Below are positions 51,342 to 61,379 of a stretch of 64,000 nt of DNA, one piece after another. Position 1 is the stretch's first letter, and each line of letters starts with the position of its first letter. The DNA lies in assembly GCA_965218295.1 (NCBI GenBank), contig CBDCKN010000008.1, positions 12,330-76,329 on the forward strand, read 5' to 3'. The DNA is from Longimicrobiales bacterium. GTDB taxonomy: Bacteria; Gemmatimonadota; Gemmatimonadetes; Longimicrobiales; Gaopeijiaceae. Below the pieces are notes generated by a model. That model had not been told where the DNA came from. It ran no database searches and saw nothing but the letters and a program-made list of their open reading frames with translations. A program made the translations under genes and the position numbers.

Positions 51342-52130
51342 GTGAGAGGAAAATTGTCTCCCGTTTCATTCCTCCTCGTGATCGCCGTTTCCGCCGTCGC
51401 CCTCAACTATCTCCGCGGCCGGGCACCGATGTTCGGGAGTGGGGCCCTGGGTGAAGGGGTTGGGGCCTCGGAAGAGTGCCCCGCGGGAGACCCCCGGTTC
51501 TGCGATGAGGGGGTGTTGGCCGGCCCCGACGCGGCTGAGATCATCTTACAGGCCAGTGAGACCTGTACGGACGTCGGATATCTGTGCTTGGAGCTCGAGG
51601 AGTCGGGCTCCCAGCGCATGTATCGATGGCCCGACGGGACCACTCGCTTGCGAATCCGCATTCCGCCACCCCCCAGGGCGACTCGAGAACGTGCCCGGGA
51701 CCTCCAAAGAGCAGCGGTGCGGGGATTCCAATACTGGAATCGGAAGCCGTTCGTGTTGATCATCGACTCCCGCTCGACGTCCACAGAGCCGGCCGACATC
51801 ACAATCTCGTGGGATTCGGGTCTTTCCGGATCTCAACTGGGAGTGACGCGCATTGAGTGGAGTGTCCAGGACGGTAAGCCGGAATTTCGGGTACTCCGGC
51901 TCGCCCTGGCCACCCGCAGCCCCTCGAACTGGAACTACGAGCTAAGACCTCAGCAGGTACTCCTCACCGCAGCCCACGAAATGGGTCACGCTCTGGGACT
52001 GCCCCACAGTGACTCGCGCCGTGACGTCATGTACCCGACCAACACCGCGCGCAGCCTCTCGACGAGGGACTTCCGGACGCTCGACGCGTTGTACGGCCTC
52101 CCTAACGGCGCCGAGATAGAGAGGGACTAG
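51342..52130 (+). CDS. Matrixin (M10-type metzincin) metalloprotease, membrane-anchored
   Basis: HEMGHALGLPHS plus Met-turn VMYP; N-terminal TM; GGAGGG SD before GTG. Confidence 0.85.
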   Translation: MRGKLSPVSFLLVIAVSAVALNYLRGRAPMFGSGALGEGVGASEECPAGDPRFCDEGVLAGPDAAEIILQASETCTDVGYLCLELEESGSQRMYRWPDGTTRLRIRIPPPPRATRERARDLQRAAVRGFQYWNRKPFVLIIDSRSTSTEPADITISWDSGLSGSQLGVTRIEWSVQDGKPEFRVLRLALATRSPSNWNYELRPQQVLLTAAHEMGHALGLPHSDSRRDVMYPTNTARSLSTRDFRTLDALYGLPNGAEIERD

Positions 52131-52159
52131 GCGCCTGACGGCACGACCTGCCGGATCCC

Positions 52160-53521
52160 TCAATCGTCCCGCGTGAGGCCGTATTTCTCGATCTTCTTGT
52201 AAAGGTTGGAGCGCGGCATGTCGATCTGGCGCGCCGTTTCGCTGACGTTCCAGTCGTTCTCGCGGAGCTTGTAGGTGATGTAGACCAGCTCGGCCTGTTC
52301 CTTGAACTCGCCGAAGGTGTGTATCCCCAAGAGCGCCGCCCCAAAGCCGTCACCGCCGGTCGCACCGGCCACCAGGGAGTCCACATCCACCGCTCTCACG
52401 GCCTCGCCCGGCGACAGGATGAGCAGCCTCTCCACCGTGTTCCTCAACTCCCGAACGTTACCAGGCCAATCCAGAGCCTCGAGACGGGCGAGCGCTTCCT
52501 CCTCCAGGATCTTCGGGGCGACGTGGGTGACCCCCACGGCTTGGCCGACGAAGTGGGCGACGAGGGGCCGAATGTCCTCGGGTCGCTCCCGCAGCGGAGG
52601 AACCACGATCGGTACGACGTTCAGCCGATAGAAGAGATCCTCCCGGAATCGTCCCTCGGCGATCTCCTCCGGAAGGTCCTTGTTCGTGGCGGCGATCACG
52701 CGGGCGTCCACCTGGATGGCCTTGGATCCGCCCACTCGCGTAATCACACCCTCCTCGAGGGCCCGAAGCACCTTTGCCTGAGCGGCCAGCGACATGTCCC
52801 CAATCTCATCCAGGAACAGGGTGCCCTCGTGTGCCTGCTCGAACTTCCCCGCTCGATCTGCCACGGCACCGGTGAAGGAGCCCTTTATGTGGCCGAAGAG
52901 CTCGGACTCGATGAGCTCTGCGGGAATCGCGGCGCAGTTGACCTCGATGAATGGAGCCTGCTCCCGGGCCGAGAGGCGATGGATGCCGCGCGCCACGAGC
53001 TCCTTGCCGGTTCCGTTGTCACCGCTGATGAGCACACGGGCATCGGTAGGTGCCACCCGCTCGATTCGCTCCAACACCCCCCGGATGGAGGCTGATGTCC
53101 CGACGATCCTGTGGCGGTCGTCGGCCTCGCTCCGAAGCAGCTCGACACTCTGGGTGAGGCCTCGGAGCTCCAGAACATTGCGCAGGCTGACGAGGAGCCG
53201 ATCGGTGTCCAGGGGCTTCTCCAGGAAGTCGAAGGCCCCCTTGCGGGTGGCGTCGACGGCCGTATCGATGGTGCCGTGACCGCTGATCATGACCACGTGG
53301 GCGCTCGGGTCCACCTTGCGGATGTGAGAGAGCACCTCGAGACCGTCCAAGCCCGACATCTTCACGTCCAGGAAGGTGACGTGGGGCGCGAACGACTTGA
53401 ACAGCTCGATCGCCTCCGGACCGTCCTCTGCCGTCATCACCTCGTGCTCTTCATACTCGAAGACCTGCCTGAGGGCGTGTCGGATGGACTCTTCGTCGTC
53501 GACGATCAGGATTCGTGACAT
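52160..53521 (-). CDS. Sigma-54-dependent response regulator (NtrC/NtrX family)
   Basis: Receiver domain, GDNGTGKE, ELFGHIKGSFTGA, LFLDEIG, WPGNVREL, Fis-type HTH. Confidence 0.93.
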   Translation of the reverse strand: MSRILIVDDEESIRHALRQVFEYEEHEVMTAEDGPEAIELFKSFAPHVTFLDVKMSGLDGLEVLSHIRKVDPSAHVVMISGHGTIDTAVDATRKGAFDFLEKPLDTDRLLVSLRNVLELRGLTQSVELLRSEADDRHRIVGTSASIRGVLERIERVAPTDARVLISGDNGTGKELVARGIHRLSAREQAPFIEVNCAAIPAELIESELFGHIKGSFTGAVADRAGKFEQAHEGTLFLDEIGDMSLAAQAKVLRALEEGVITRVGGSKAIQVDARVIAATNKDLPEEIAEGRFREDLFYRLNVVPIVVPPLRERPEDIRPLVAHFVGQAVGVTHVAPKILEEEALARLEALDWPGNVRELRNTVERLLILSPGEAVRAVDVDSLVAGATGGDGFGAALLGIHTFGEFKEQAELVYITYKLRENDWNVSETARQIDMPRSNLYKKIEKYGLTRDD

Positions 53522-53546
53522 GAGGGTGTCGGCTCGTTCTGTCGCC

Positions 53547-54209
53547 TCAGCGGTCGCTGACGAGTACCAGACTGTCGCGGAGGAAGTACGCGGTCTTGAG
53601 CCCGTCGGGAAGCGGGATGGCGATGGCATCGTCGGGAAGCCCCGCCACGTACTCTCTCCCGAAGGCCTTGAGGATCTCGGGAATCATGCGGTCCGGAAGC
53701 GGTATGAAGGCGGCCCGCACGCCGTGGACGACGAGAGCATCCCAACGCTCGTCCTCCAGGGGAGCGAGAACACCCTCGAGGGATACCTCGAGCGTATCGG
53801 GCAGAAAGCCCAAAACCGCGTTCAGATTCGGAAGCTGGGGGAACGCTTCGACGGCGACGCGAGCGGTCAGGGTGATGACCCCGTCGGCCATCTCCACCCG
53901 CGGCTCGCTGATCCCCTCCGGTACGATCCCCGGGACCGAATACCGGAGGATGGACACGATCTCGGTCGAGCTCAACGCCAGCTGGTCTCCGACCTCGCCT
54001 CGCCGCAACGCCTCGAACCGGTCCATCGTGGCCTCGGCGAGCTCCGGGGACGCCGTGATCTCGGCAACGTCGTCCCCGCTGGAGAACCATGCCGCCAGCT
54101 CAGGGAAGACGGAGGGACCCCATCGCCATCCTGCCACAGCGGCGGCCACCAACAGAGCTGCGAAAACAATCTTCCCGAGGCAGCTCTTGAGGCAGCCGAG
54201 TCCGAGCAC
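53547..54209 (-). CDS. Hypothetical membrane-anchored protein
   Basis: 220-aa ORF with N-terminal TM; tightly spaced between thpR and the regulator. Confidence 0.65.
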   Translation of the reverse strand: MLGLGCLKSCLGKIVFAALLVAAAVAGWRWGPSVFPELAAWFSSGDDVAEITASPELAEATMDRFEALRRGEVGDQLALSSTEIVSILRYSVPGIVPEGISEPRVEMADGVITLTARVAVEAFPQLPNLNAVLGFLPDTLEVSLEGVLAPLEDERWDALVVHGVRAAFIPLPDRMIPEILKAFGREYVAGLPDDAIAIPLPDGLKTAYFLRDSLVLVSDR

Positions 54210-54212
54210 GAC

Positions 54213-54773
54213 CTACCCCTCGAACGCGGAGCTACGATGAAGGGTGTAGCGCGCTCCCGCCTTCGAGGGATGACTCCGCATCAGGTCGAGCTTTCGAACC
54301 GTGATCTCACCCCTGTAGGTGAGGGCCGCCGCCTTCTCGTCGAGCTCGCGGAAGGCTCCCGCACCGTTGCGGGCCTCCGCCCTTCCCAGGGTGAGATGGG
54401 GATGAAACGCCCTGGTCTCTCGTTCGAACCCAGAGTCTGTGAGAGCCCACTCGAGATCCTGTTTCAGAGCACGCAGAGCGGGAGTGGGCTCGACTCCAAC
54501 CCAGATCACATGCGGCCGGCGAATCGTGGGAAAGGCCCCGAAGCCCTTGACGGCGAGATCCAAGGCACCCGTCGTCAGCGCTACGCGCCCTAATGCCTCT
54601 TCCACTGCCTCGACTCGGTCCTCCGAGACGTCACCCAGGAACTTCAGAGTGATATGGTACTTCTCGGGCTCCACCCAGCGCACTGGGAGCTTCGAGTCCC
54701 GAAGCACGCGGGCCGCGCGATAGAGTCGGTCCTTCTCCTTTTTGGGCAGGTTGAGTGCTACGAAGAGACGCAT
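54213..54773 (-). CDS. thpR: RNA 2',3'-cyclic phosphodiesterase (2H family)
   Basis: MRLFVAL, HITLKFLG, FHPHLTLGR. Confidence 0.93.
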   Translation of the reverse strand: MRLFVALNLPKKEKDRLYRAARVLRDSKLPVRWVEPEKYHITLKFLGDVSEDRVEAVEEALGRVALTTGALDLAVKGFGAFPTIRRPHVIWVGVEPTPALRALKQDLEWALTDSGFERETRAFHPHLTLGRAEARNGAGAFRELDEKAAALTYRGEITVRKLDLMRSHPSKAGARYTLHRSSAFEG

Positions 54774-54961
54774 GGCTGCAGATCACACCCCTGACTGTTT
54801 GACAATGATTCGGGCCCTCCCAGCGGAACGTCTACGCCACCCGGCGATTGCGGCTACGCCACGCTGCCAGGTGACCCGTGACCGAGGAACCTTGCGAGAA
54901 ACTACCGGGATATCGCAGAGCTAACAACCTACCCCGCCTCGGAGAAAAACGGCTCAACTCC

Positions 54962-56050
54962 TCAGCGGTCGACGTGTGTGAACCCAAAGGCGATGGGACA
55001 TATGCCGGTGGGAATCACCGCTTCGCTGGCGAAGTCCTGGGTCAGGCGGATCGCCGCGCTGGGGTTTACACAGTCCGGCCGGAGGGCATACATCCTCCCA
55101 TCTCCGTCGAAGCCGACTCCCGCACTGCTACCAAGGCCTTCCGGTGCGACGGCGTCCTCCGGCGCCCGTACGAACGACGATGAGGCCGGGCTCCAGGCGC
55201 CGATCCCGAAGGCGAAAGACGAGAAGTACAGGCTACCGTCAACCCCGAACGCAGGAGACGCCGGGAACTCTCCGAATCCGGTGTGATGGGCGACCTCGGT
55301 CATGCTCTCGAGGTCCACTACGGACAGGCTCCCATTTCCCGCACCGAATCGTCCCGCGTTGACTACGTAGAGGAGGCCATCGGGCCCCACCACGGCACCG
55401 CTCGGGTTCTCCCCCGAGAGCTGAACGGTGCCCACGACCGCGAAACTCGTCCCGCTGATGATGGAGACCGTTCCCGGACTCTCCGGGAGGAAATCCGGCC
55501 CGAGCTCCGCGTTGAGCACGAGTCCCTGGCCGTTGATGCCGGTTACGTGCTGCGGAAAGCCACCCACCGGGATGGGGGGCGCCACAGCTCCTGTCACGAT
55601 GTTCACAGGGGAGACCGAGTTGAGAAGGGGGTTGGCCACCAAGACCAGGGAGTCGCTCAGGAAAGCCGCCCCGGTAGCCCCTGACCCCTCGGGCAAGGCT
55701 ATTGTCTGTAGCAGGATCCCAGAGCTCAGGTCCACCACCGCCACGGCCGGAACGAAGCCGAGGGGAACTACAGCCAGCGAGCCGCGAAGGGCCAGGCCTA
55801 CCGGAGATCCGGCGGGCGACAGGCCGATGGTAATGGGCGCATCCGGCTCGTCCACCGGAAACACGGTGAGGGACACGTCCAGGCTGTTGACGACGACCCC
55901 GATCTCTTCCTCGACGAGCCGATCAGGCGCCGCCGCGTCCTCCTGGCATCCCAAGAGGAGACACGAAGAAAGCAGGACCAGCCCCAAGCTCAGATGCCTC
56001 CCAACCCATCCGCGGCTGATCCTCCACGTCCACCCGTCGATCCGCTGCAT
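54962..56050 (-). CDS. Beta-propeller (YncE/BtuG-like) lipoprotein
   Basis: Lipobox LLGC; repeated blade-like segments; GAGG SD; downstream of a B12-regulated TonB receptor. Confidence 0.75.
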   Translation of the reverse strand: MQRIDGWTWRISRGWVGRHLSLGLVLLSSCLLLGCQEDAAAPDRLVEEEIGVVVNSLDVSLTVFPVDEPDAPITIGLSPAGSPVGLALRGSLAVVPLGFVPAVAVVDLSSGILLQTIALPEGSGATGAAFLSDSLVLVANPLLNSVSPVNIVTGAVAPPIPVGGFPQHVTGINGQGLVLNAELGPDFLPESPGTVSIISGTSFAVVGTVQLSGENPSGAVVGPDGLLYVVNAGRFGAGNGSLSVVDLESMTEVAHHTGFGEFPASPAFGVDGSLYFSSFAFGIGAWSPASSSFVRAPEDAVAPEGLGSSAGVGFDGDGRMYALRPDCVNPSAAIRLTQDFASEAVIPTGICPIAFGFTHVDR

Positions 56051-56103
56051 GCCCACTTCCTCTCTCCTATCGTGGGGAGCTCCGGCTCCCGTGTGATATC
56101 GTC

Positions 56104-56168
56104 GGGGCTCGGCCCCGTCGGATGTTTGTCGGGGCTCAGCCCCTTGTGCGTCCCTGGGGCTCAGCCCC
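56104..56168. repeat. Three palindromic GGGGCTC(G/A)GCCCC repeats (REP-like)
   Basis: Copies at 56104-56116, 56131-56143, 56156-56168; spacers 14 and 12 nt. Confidence 0.75.
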
Positions 56169-58323
56169 CGTCTCCCGCGGCGAGGACGACCGTTATGCTC
56201 AACGTCCGTCCAGGATGCGGATAGCCGAAAATCAGCGTGTCTTTCCGATCGAAGAGTCGATCGACCTGGGCGGCGGCCCGATACTCCCTTCCGGCCAGCC
56301 TCCCGCGCCTGGCCAACCGCAGCTCCGTCGCCCAGAAGGCCGGAAGCTCGTTCACCGGCGAGGCGACGGGAAAGCGTGCCCCGGTGAGCTTCACGCCCAC
56401 CTGCCCGTCCCAGCTTCCCGCGGTCAGGCCCAACAGAGCCGCCCCGCTGTGGCGGGGGCGGTACATGACCTGGACCGGGACGGGATCGGGCCGGTCGTAT
56501 GTCACCTTGGTCATGGAGTAGTTCGCCGAAGCACGCAGCACACCGGACGATAGGGAGCGCGTCACCTCCCCCCACGCGTCCAGGCCCCAGCGGTTCACAT
56601 CGACGTTTCTGGGCCCCCAGACGAAGCGAAAGTCAGGAGCCCAGACGATCATGTCGATCACGTCTCCCCGATATACGGAGGCTCCCCCTCCTGATACGAA
56701 CCTCCCCCGCCGACCTCGCACCTCTACTCCGGCTTCGAACTCCCACGGCACGCGCTCGGCTCTGAGATCCGGGTTCGGCGCGACGGCGACGCCCTCGCTG
56801 AAGAACTGGTCTCCCAGGGTGGGCAGGCTGAAGCTGCTCCGTTGGACCGCGTGGAAGGAGAGTCCCGGTTCACCGAAGCTCACCGTTACGTCGTGGGTAC
56901 CTCGCCACCGGCCGGCCAGGCCATCCCAATGGCCTGCTGCCGTCAATTCGATCTTCGTGCGGCGGCCGGCAGGAGCGAGGGACCCACGAGCGCTGACGCT
57001 TACGGCCTCGCGACTCCTGGGTGCCGAAGGGGAGAGTGCCCCTGAGTTGACCCGCTGGAGGCTGGCGAGAGCTCCCACGGACATCTCCGAGAGCCAGTCG
57101 ATCCCAGGCTCCCAGCTCACATCGCCCCTCGCGCCGGCAGTAGTCACGCGGGTTCGGGTATCGAACGGCAGTCCCACCGGCGGCTCCGGATCACGGTACG
57201 CCGAGCCATCCAGGTGCAGGTAGCCCGCCACATCCGCACGGCCGCCGCCCAATCTCCCACTCCAGGCCGCCGAACCGCGCGCTCGCACCGCCTCTTGGCG
57301 AGCGAAGGTCGAGGGGGCGAACTCCTTGCCCGGGAGGCCTCGGTGGACCGACTCCACACCCAGCCGAAACCGCGTTTCGCTCCCCTCACCCGGTAGTGAC
57401 AGGCTCGCCCAGGCGGCCAGGTGCCTTTCATGGGCGTTTCGGCGAAGGGCGTCCACACCACCCACTTCGGGCGACTGGGTAAAGGAAAACTCCCCGTCAG
57501 TCCGAAGGCCCTCGACCCCGAGCCCGAGCCTCGCCCTCCCCGCCTCGAGACCCCCCTCCCCCGACACCTCGATCCGCCCCAACGACCCCACGCCCACCCG
57601 GACCCGGAAGGCCGTGGCAGCATCGGCGGTTCGGATGAGGATCACTCCCCCCTCCGCTCCCGGACCGAAGCGGGAGGTCGCCCCCCCGGCCACGACTCGG
57701 ATCTCCTGGATCGCACTGGCAGCCACCCGGGAGAGGTCGGCCTCACCCGTGATGGGATCGTTCAGCGGCGCTCCGTCCAGAAGTACCAGGACGGCGTCGG
57801 CAGAGCTGCCCCGTATGGAGGCGGTCTGGGCTCCTGCCACCCCCTCGCGACGGACGACCACGGCCGGAGCCGTGGCCACCACGTCACCGGCCGTCCTCGC
57901 CCCGGAGCTTCGGATGTCGGCCCGGACGATGCGATGGACGCCCACGGATCGCAGGCCCTCGACTTGGACCGCGAGGGAATCGACAGAGATGGGCACCGGC
58001 TGGAGTAGGTATGTGTTCCGGGCTATGGACCCGTTCCAGACCCGGATCTCGCCGACGAGAGTCGCGTACCCGAGATGCTCGATCCGAATCGCCTGGTCGC
58101 CGGGATCGAGCGCCCTCAGGTGGAACTCGCCCGAGCTATCCGAATGGCCTACCCGCTGAGAGGCCGGCAGGACGATCAGGGCGTCTGCGACCGGGAGGCC
58201 CGTGGTCGCGTCGATGACTCGGCCGAGTAGCTCCCCCGGGTACTGCCCGGCCGCAGGAGATGCACACGCCAGAACGGCCGCAACGGCCATTCTCGTGGCT
58301 GCCCGTAAATGAAAAGCCCGCAC
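56161..58323 (-). CDS. TonB-dependent receptor, probably BtuB-like cobalamin transporter, with N-terminal carboxypeptidase-regulatory-like domain
   Basis: Signal peptide, GRVIDATTGLPV, plug SIRGS..VLVLLDG, NPDLRAE, C-terminal PGRT; riboswitch upstream. Confidence 0.85.
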   Translation of the reverse strand: MRAFHLRAATRMAVAAVLACASPAAGQYPGELLGRVIDATTGLPVADALIVLPASQRVGHSDSSGEFHLRALDPGDQAIRIEHLGYATLVGEIRVWNGSIARNTYLLQPVPISVDSLAVQVEGLRSVGVHRIVRADIRSSGARTAGDVVATAPAVVVRREGVAGAQTASIRGSSADAVLVLLDGAPLNDPITGEADLSRVAASAIQEIRVVAGGATSRFGPGAEGGVILIRTADAATAFRVRVGVGSLGRIEVSGEGGLEAGRARLGLGVEGLRTDGEFSFTQSPEVGGVDALRRNAHERHLAAWASLSLPGEGSETRFRLGVESVHRGLPGKEFAPSTFARQEAVRARGSAAWSGRLGGGRADVAGYLHLDGSAYRDPEPPVGLPFDTRTRVTTAGARGDVSWEPGIDWLSEMSVGALASLQRVNSGALSPSAPRSREAVSVSARGSLAPAGRRTKIELTAAGHWDGLAGRWRGTHDVTVSFGEPGLSFHAVQRSSFSLPTLGDQFFSEGVAVAPNPDLRAERVPWEFEAGVEVRGRRGRFVSGGGASVYRGDVIDMIVWAPDFRFVWGPRNVDVNRWGLDAWGEVTRSLSSGVLRASANYSMTKVTYDRPDPVPVQVMYRPRHSGAALLGLTAGSWDGQVGVKLTGARFPVASPVNELPAFWATELRLARRGRLAGREYRAAAQVDRLFDRKDTLIFGYPHPGRTLSITVVLAAGDGG

Positions 58324-58350
58324 GCCTTCCCCTCGAAGAGTGCTTGGTCA

Positions 58351-58520
58351 GCGCGGGCGTGCAGGTCTACTGACTCAAGGCCGCTCTCCTCACCTTCCCA
58401 GGGGCTTCCCCAGTGGTGGTGTATCTAGGGAGCGTTTTCCAGCCCTCATGGGCCGGGCCTAACACAGTGGCGGGGCCGTGCCGGATTCTCACCGGCTTCC
58501 GAGATGCCTCGCCCGCGTAT
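58351..58520 (-). promoter_or_regulatory. Cobalamin riboswitch
   Basis: Minus strand GGAAGCCGGTGAGAATCCGGCACGGCCCCGCCACTGTG...CCACTGG...GGGAAGG...AGTCAGTAGACCTGC; P1 CGCGGGCG/CGCCCGCG. Confidence 0.93.
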
Positions 58521-58658
58521 GGTTCTGTTGTCGAGACCAACGTATCACCGCCCCAGGGTCCTTACCAGGGCACGACAACACGGACCACGCCAGTGCACGG
58601 TACGCATGATCCTGCCGGCTGGGGCCCCGAGCGGGCCAGAACCCCGAGCGGGTGAGGA

Positions 58659-59686
58659 CTACTCTCGATCTGAGGTGGGAGCGAGGAACGGGGTCTGTCC
58701 CGGGCTCACGATCCTCGTGGTGGGGTAGGCCAGATCGATGTCGGGCTCCTTGTCGACAATGTGCAGTACGGCCTCCCAGAGAGCCTGATGAGCCTGGCGG
58801 CGTCGGCGCGGATCGGTGAGCAAGCGGAGTGTAAGGCAGATCCTATGATCCACGACCGACGTGTAGACGGTGGCGGTGACGGTGCCGTACGAGATCAGCA
58901 TTCGGCTCGGGCTCCGCCTGAGCGATTCCCGTGCTCGCTCACTGGCTTCCTTCGTCTCTTCCTGGACGACGGATAGGAGCATCGCCTTGGCTTTGCGCCA
59001 GTCACTCTCGAACGTGATCACGACGGGAATCTCATGCCACAGATACGGGAACTCGGCCGTGTAGTTGACGATGGGCTCGGTGAGGATCTTCGCGTTGGGA
59101 ATCTGGACGACCCTTCCGGTGCTCTGATCCGCCGCCACCCAGTTCCCGATCTCATTGAGCGTGAAGTAAAGGACAGAGATGTCCACGACGTCACCGGCGT
59201 GCTCTCCGACCTGGATACGATCCCCGAGCTGGAAGGGGGGCTTGGTCACGATGACGAACCACCCGGCCAGGTCGACGAGGACGTCCTTCAGGGCGATGGC
59301 CACGCCGGCGGCGATCAGGCCGAGGAAGGTGCCCACTTGCCGGAGCCCTTCCACCCAGATGGAGGCGATGAACAGCGCTGCCAGCACCCACGTGACGTAG
59401 GCGATCGTCTTCCCCCACCGGTACCGGAGAGCGCGGTCCTCGACGGTGCGCTGAACGACTCTCTGCAGGACCCGCCGCAACAGCCAAACGGAAAAGAATA
59501 GGCGGGTCGGACGGAGAGCAGGACGATGACCGTGAAGCCGATCTTCCTCCACGAGAGACTGTCCAGCAACAACCCCCTGCTCAGAAAGTCGATGCCCTGG
59601 GCCACGGCACCTCCCGCGGAATCGGCCGGCGTATCCTGGACGGCGACCCGGATGATCGAGGCCGTCACCGGCCTCTCCGTCGCCAC
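58659..59686 (-). pseudogene. MscS-family mechanosensitive channel disrupted by a 23-bp insertion
   Basis: PFQLGDRIQVG..GDVVDI, IPNAKIL...NYT; N-terminal part in another frame; deleting 23 bp restores LLSVWLLRR. Confidence 0.82.
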
Positions 59687-59775
59687 AGGCCACGCGGCCT
59701 GACGTGTGACGGTGTGGTCTCGAGATGCATGGACTGATGGTAGTGTGGACGACTCGGCTTCGGTACCCCTGGTGA

Positions 59776-61314
59776 TCAGGCTCCCATACGCTGCCGGTCC
59801 AGGCTTCGATACTGCACCGCCTCGGCCGCATGGGCGGAAGTGGTGGCGTCGCTGCCATCGAGGTCTGCTATGGTCCGGGCCACCTTGAGGATCCGGTGGT
59901 ACGCCCGAGCCGACAGCCGGAGTCGGTCCAGGGCCCGCTGAAGCAGGCGGGCGACGTCGGCGGAGGGGCGACAGTGGCTGCGGATATCGGCCGGACCCAT
60001 CTGACCGTTGGCGAAGACCCCCGGCGAGTCGCGCAGGCGCTCGATCTGTCGGCGACGGGCCTGGGTGACCCGCTCGCGAACGACGGCGCTTCCCTCACCG
60101 GGCCGATCCTCGAACAGCTTCCGGAACGGCACCGCCGGGACCTCAACGTGAAGGTCGATTCGATCGAGAAGTGGACCCGAGACCCTCGATCGATAGCGGA
60201 GTACGTGCATAGGATCACAGCCGCACCGCCCCGAGTCGTCTCCAAGCCAGCCACAGGGACATGGATTCATGGCTCCAGCGAGCATAAATCGCGCCGGATA
60301 CCGAAGCGCCGAGCGCACCCGCGAGTGGGCCACCACCCCGTCCTCCAAGGGTTGTCGCAAGGCCTCGAGTGCGCTACGCCGGTACTCGGGAAGTTCGTCC
60401 AGGAACAGGACACCCCGATGAGCCAAGCTGACCTCGCCAGGCCTGGGGATCGACCCTCCTCCCACCAAACCTGCATCACTCACCGTGTGGTGGGGAGCTC
60501 GAAAAGGCCGTCCCGCCAGAAGTGAGCCTCCGGCCGGAACCAGACCCGCAACCGAGTGGATCTTCGTAACCTCGATGGACTCGGCCACGGTGAGGGGGGG
60601 AAGGATCCCGGGGAGACGTCTGGCCAGCATGGTCTTCCCCGAGCCTGGAGGTCCCAGCAGGAGCAGATTGTGGCTTCCGGCGGCGGCGATCTCCATGGCG
60701 CGCTTCGCAAACTCCTGACCGTGAACATCGGCGAGATCCGCAGTCGTGGGTCCAGTCTCCCGTAGGAGACGAGCGGAATCCACTCTCGTAGGCGGCAGCG
60801 AGCGCCCTCCCGTCAGGTGCTCCATGACCGTGCAAAGGCCATCGCCGCCGTAGACCTGGATGCCGCCCACTCCCGCCGCCTCCCGCGCGTTCTCCAGCGG
60901 AAGCACCAATCCCCTCACACCCCGCTCCTTGCAACCCGCGGCGATGGGAAGGGCGCCGCGGACCGGTCTCAGGCGCCCATCCAGTCCTAGCTCGCCGACG
61001 AAGCAGAGGCCCTCCACACGATCCTGTGGGACGACGCCCATGCCAATGAGAAGCGCGAGAGCGATGGGTAGGTCGAAGGCACTCCCCTCCTTCGGAACAT
61101 CGGCCGGCGCCAAGTTCACGGTGATACGACGGGGAGGCAGGGAGTGTCCTATGTTCTGGAGTGCCGCCGTGACCCGTTCTCGTCCCTCCCTGACGGCTCC
61201 CTGGGGGAGCCCCACGACTACAAAGGCCGGAAGCCCCACGGAGAGGTTGACCTCCACCGACACGGAGCGGCTCTCGACCCCGTGCACCGATGCAGAGCGA
61301 ATGTGGGCGAGAAT
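59776..61314 (-). CDS. comM: ComM/YifB Mg-chelatase-like AAA+ ATPase (ATT start inferred)
   Basis: VVGLP..AVRE, NLAPADVPKEGSAFDL, GPPGSGKT, FRAPHH, LFLDELPE, SGPLLDRID. Confidence 0.9.
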   Translation of the reverse strand: MLAHIRSASVHGVESRSVSVEVNLSVGLPAFVVVGLPQGAVREGRERVTAALQNIGHSLPPRRITVNLAPADVPKEGSAFDLPIALALLIGMGVVPQDRVEGLCFVGELGLDGRLRPVRGALPIAAGCKERGVRGLVLPLENAREAAGVGGIQVYGGDGLCTVMEHLTGGRSLPPTRVDSARLLRETGPTTADLADVHGQEFAKRAMEIAAAGSHNLLLLGPPGSGKTMLARRLPGILPPLTVAESIEVTKIHSVAGLVPAGGSLLAGRPFRAPHHTVSDAGLVGGGSIPRPGEVSLAHRGVLFLDELPEYRRSALEALRQPLEDGVVAHSRVRSALRYPARFMLAGAMNPCPCGWLGDDSGRCGCDPMHVLRYRSRVSGPLLDRIDLHVEVPAVPFRKLFEDRPGEGSAVVRERVTQARRRQIERLRDSPGVFANGQMGPADIRSHCRPSADVARLLQRALDRLRLSARAYHRILKVARTIADLDGSDATTSAHAAEAVQYRSLDRQRMGA

Positions 61315-61379
61315 CGATGTGCCTCCAGAACCGCGCGGTCACCACTAACCTGAAGCGGACCGGCGGGCGGATCCATATC

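Noticed and set aside
56104..56168. Mini CRISPR array
   Set aside because: Repeats are 13 bp and spacers 12-14 bp, far too short; no cas genes in the window
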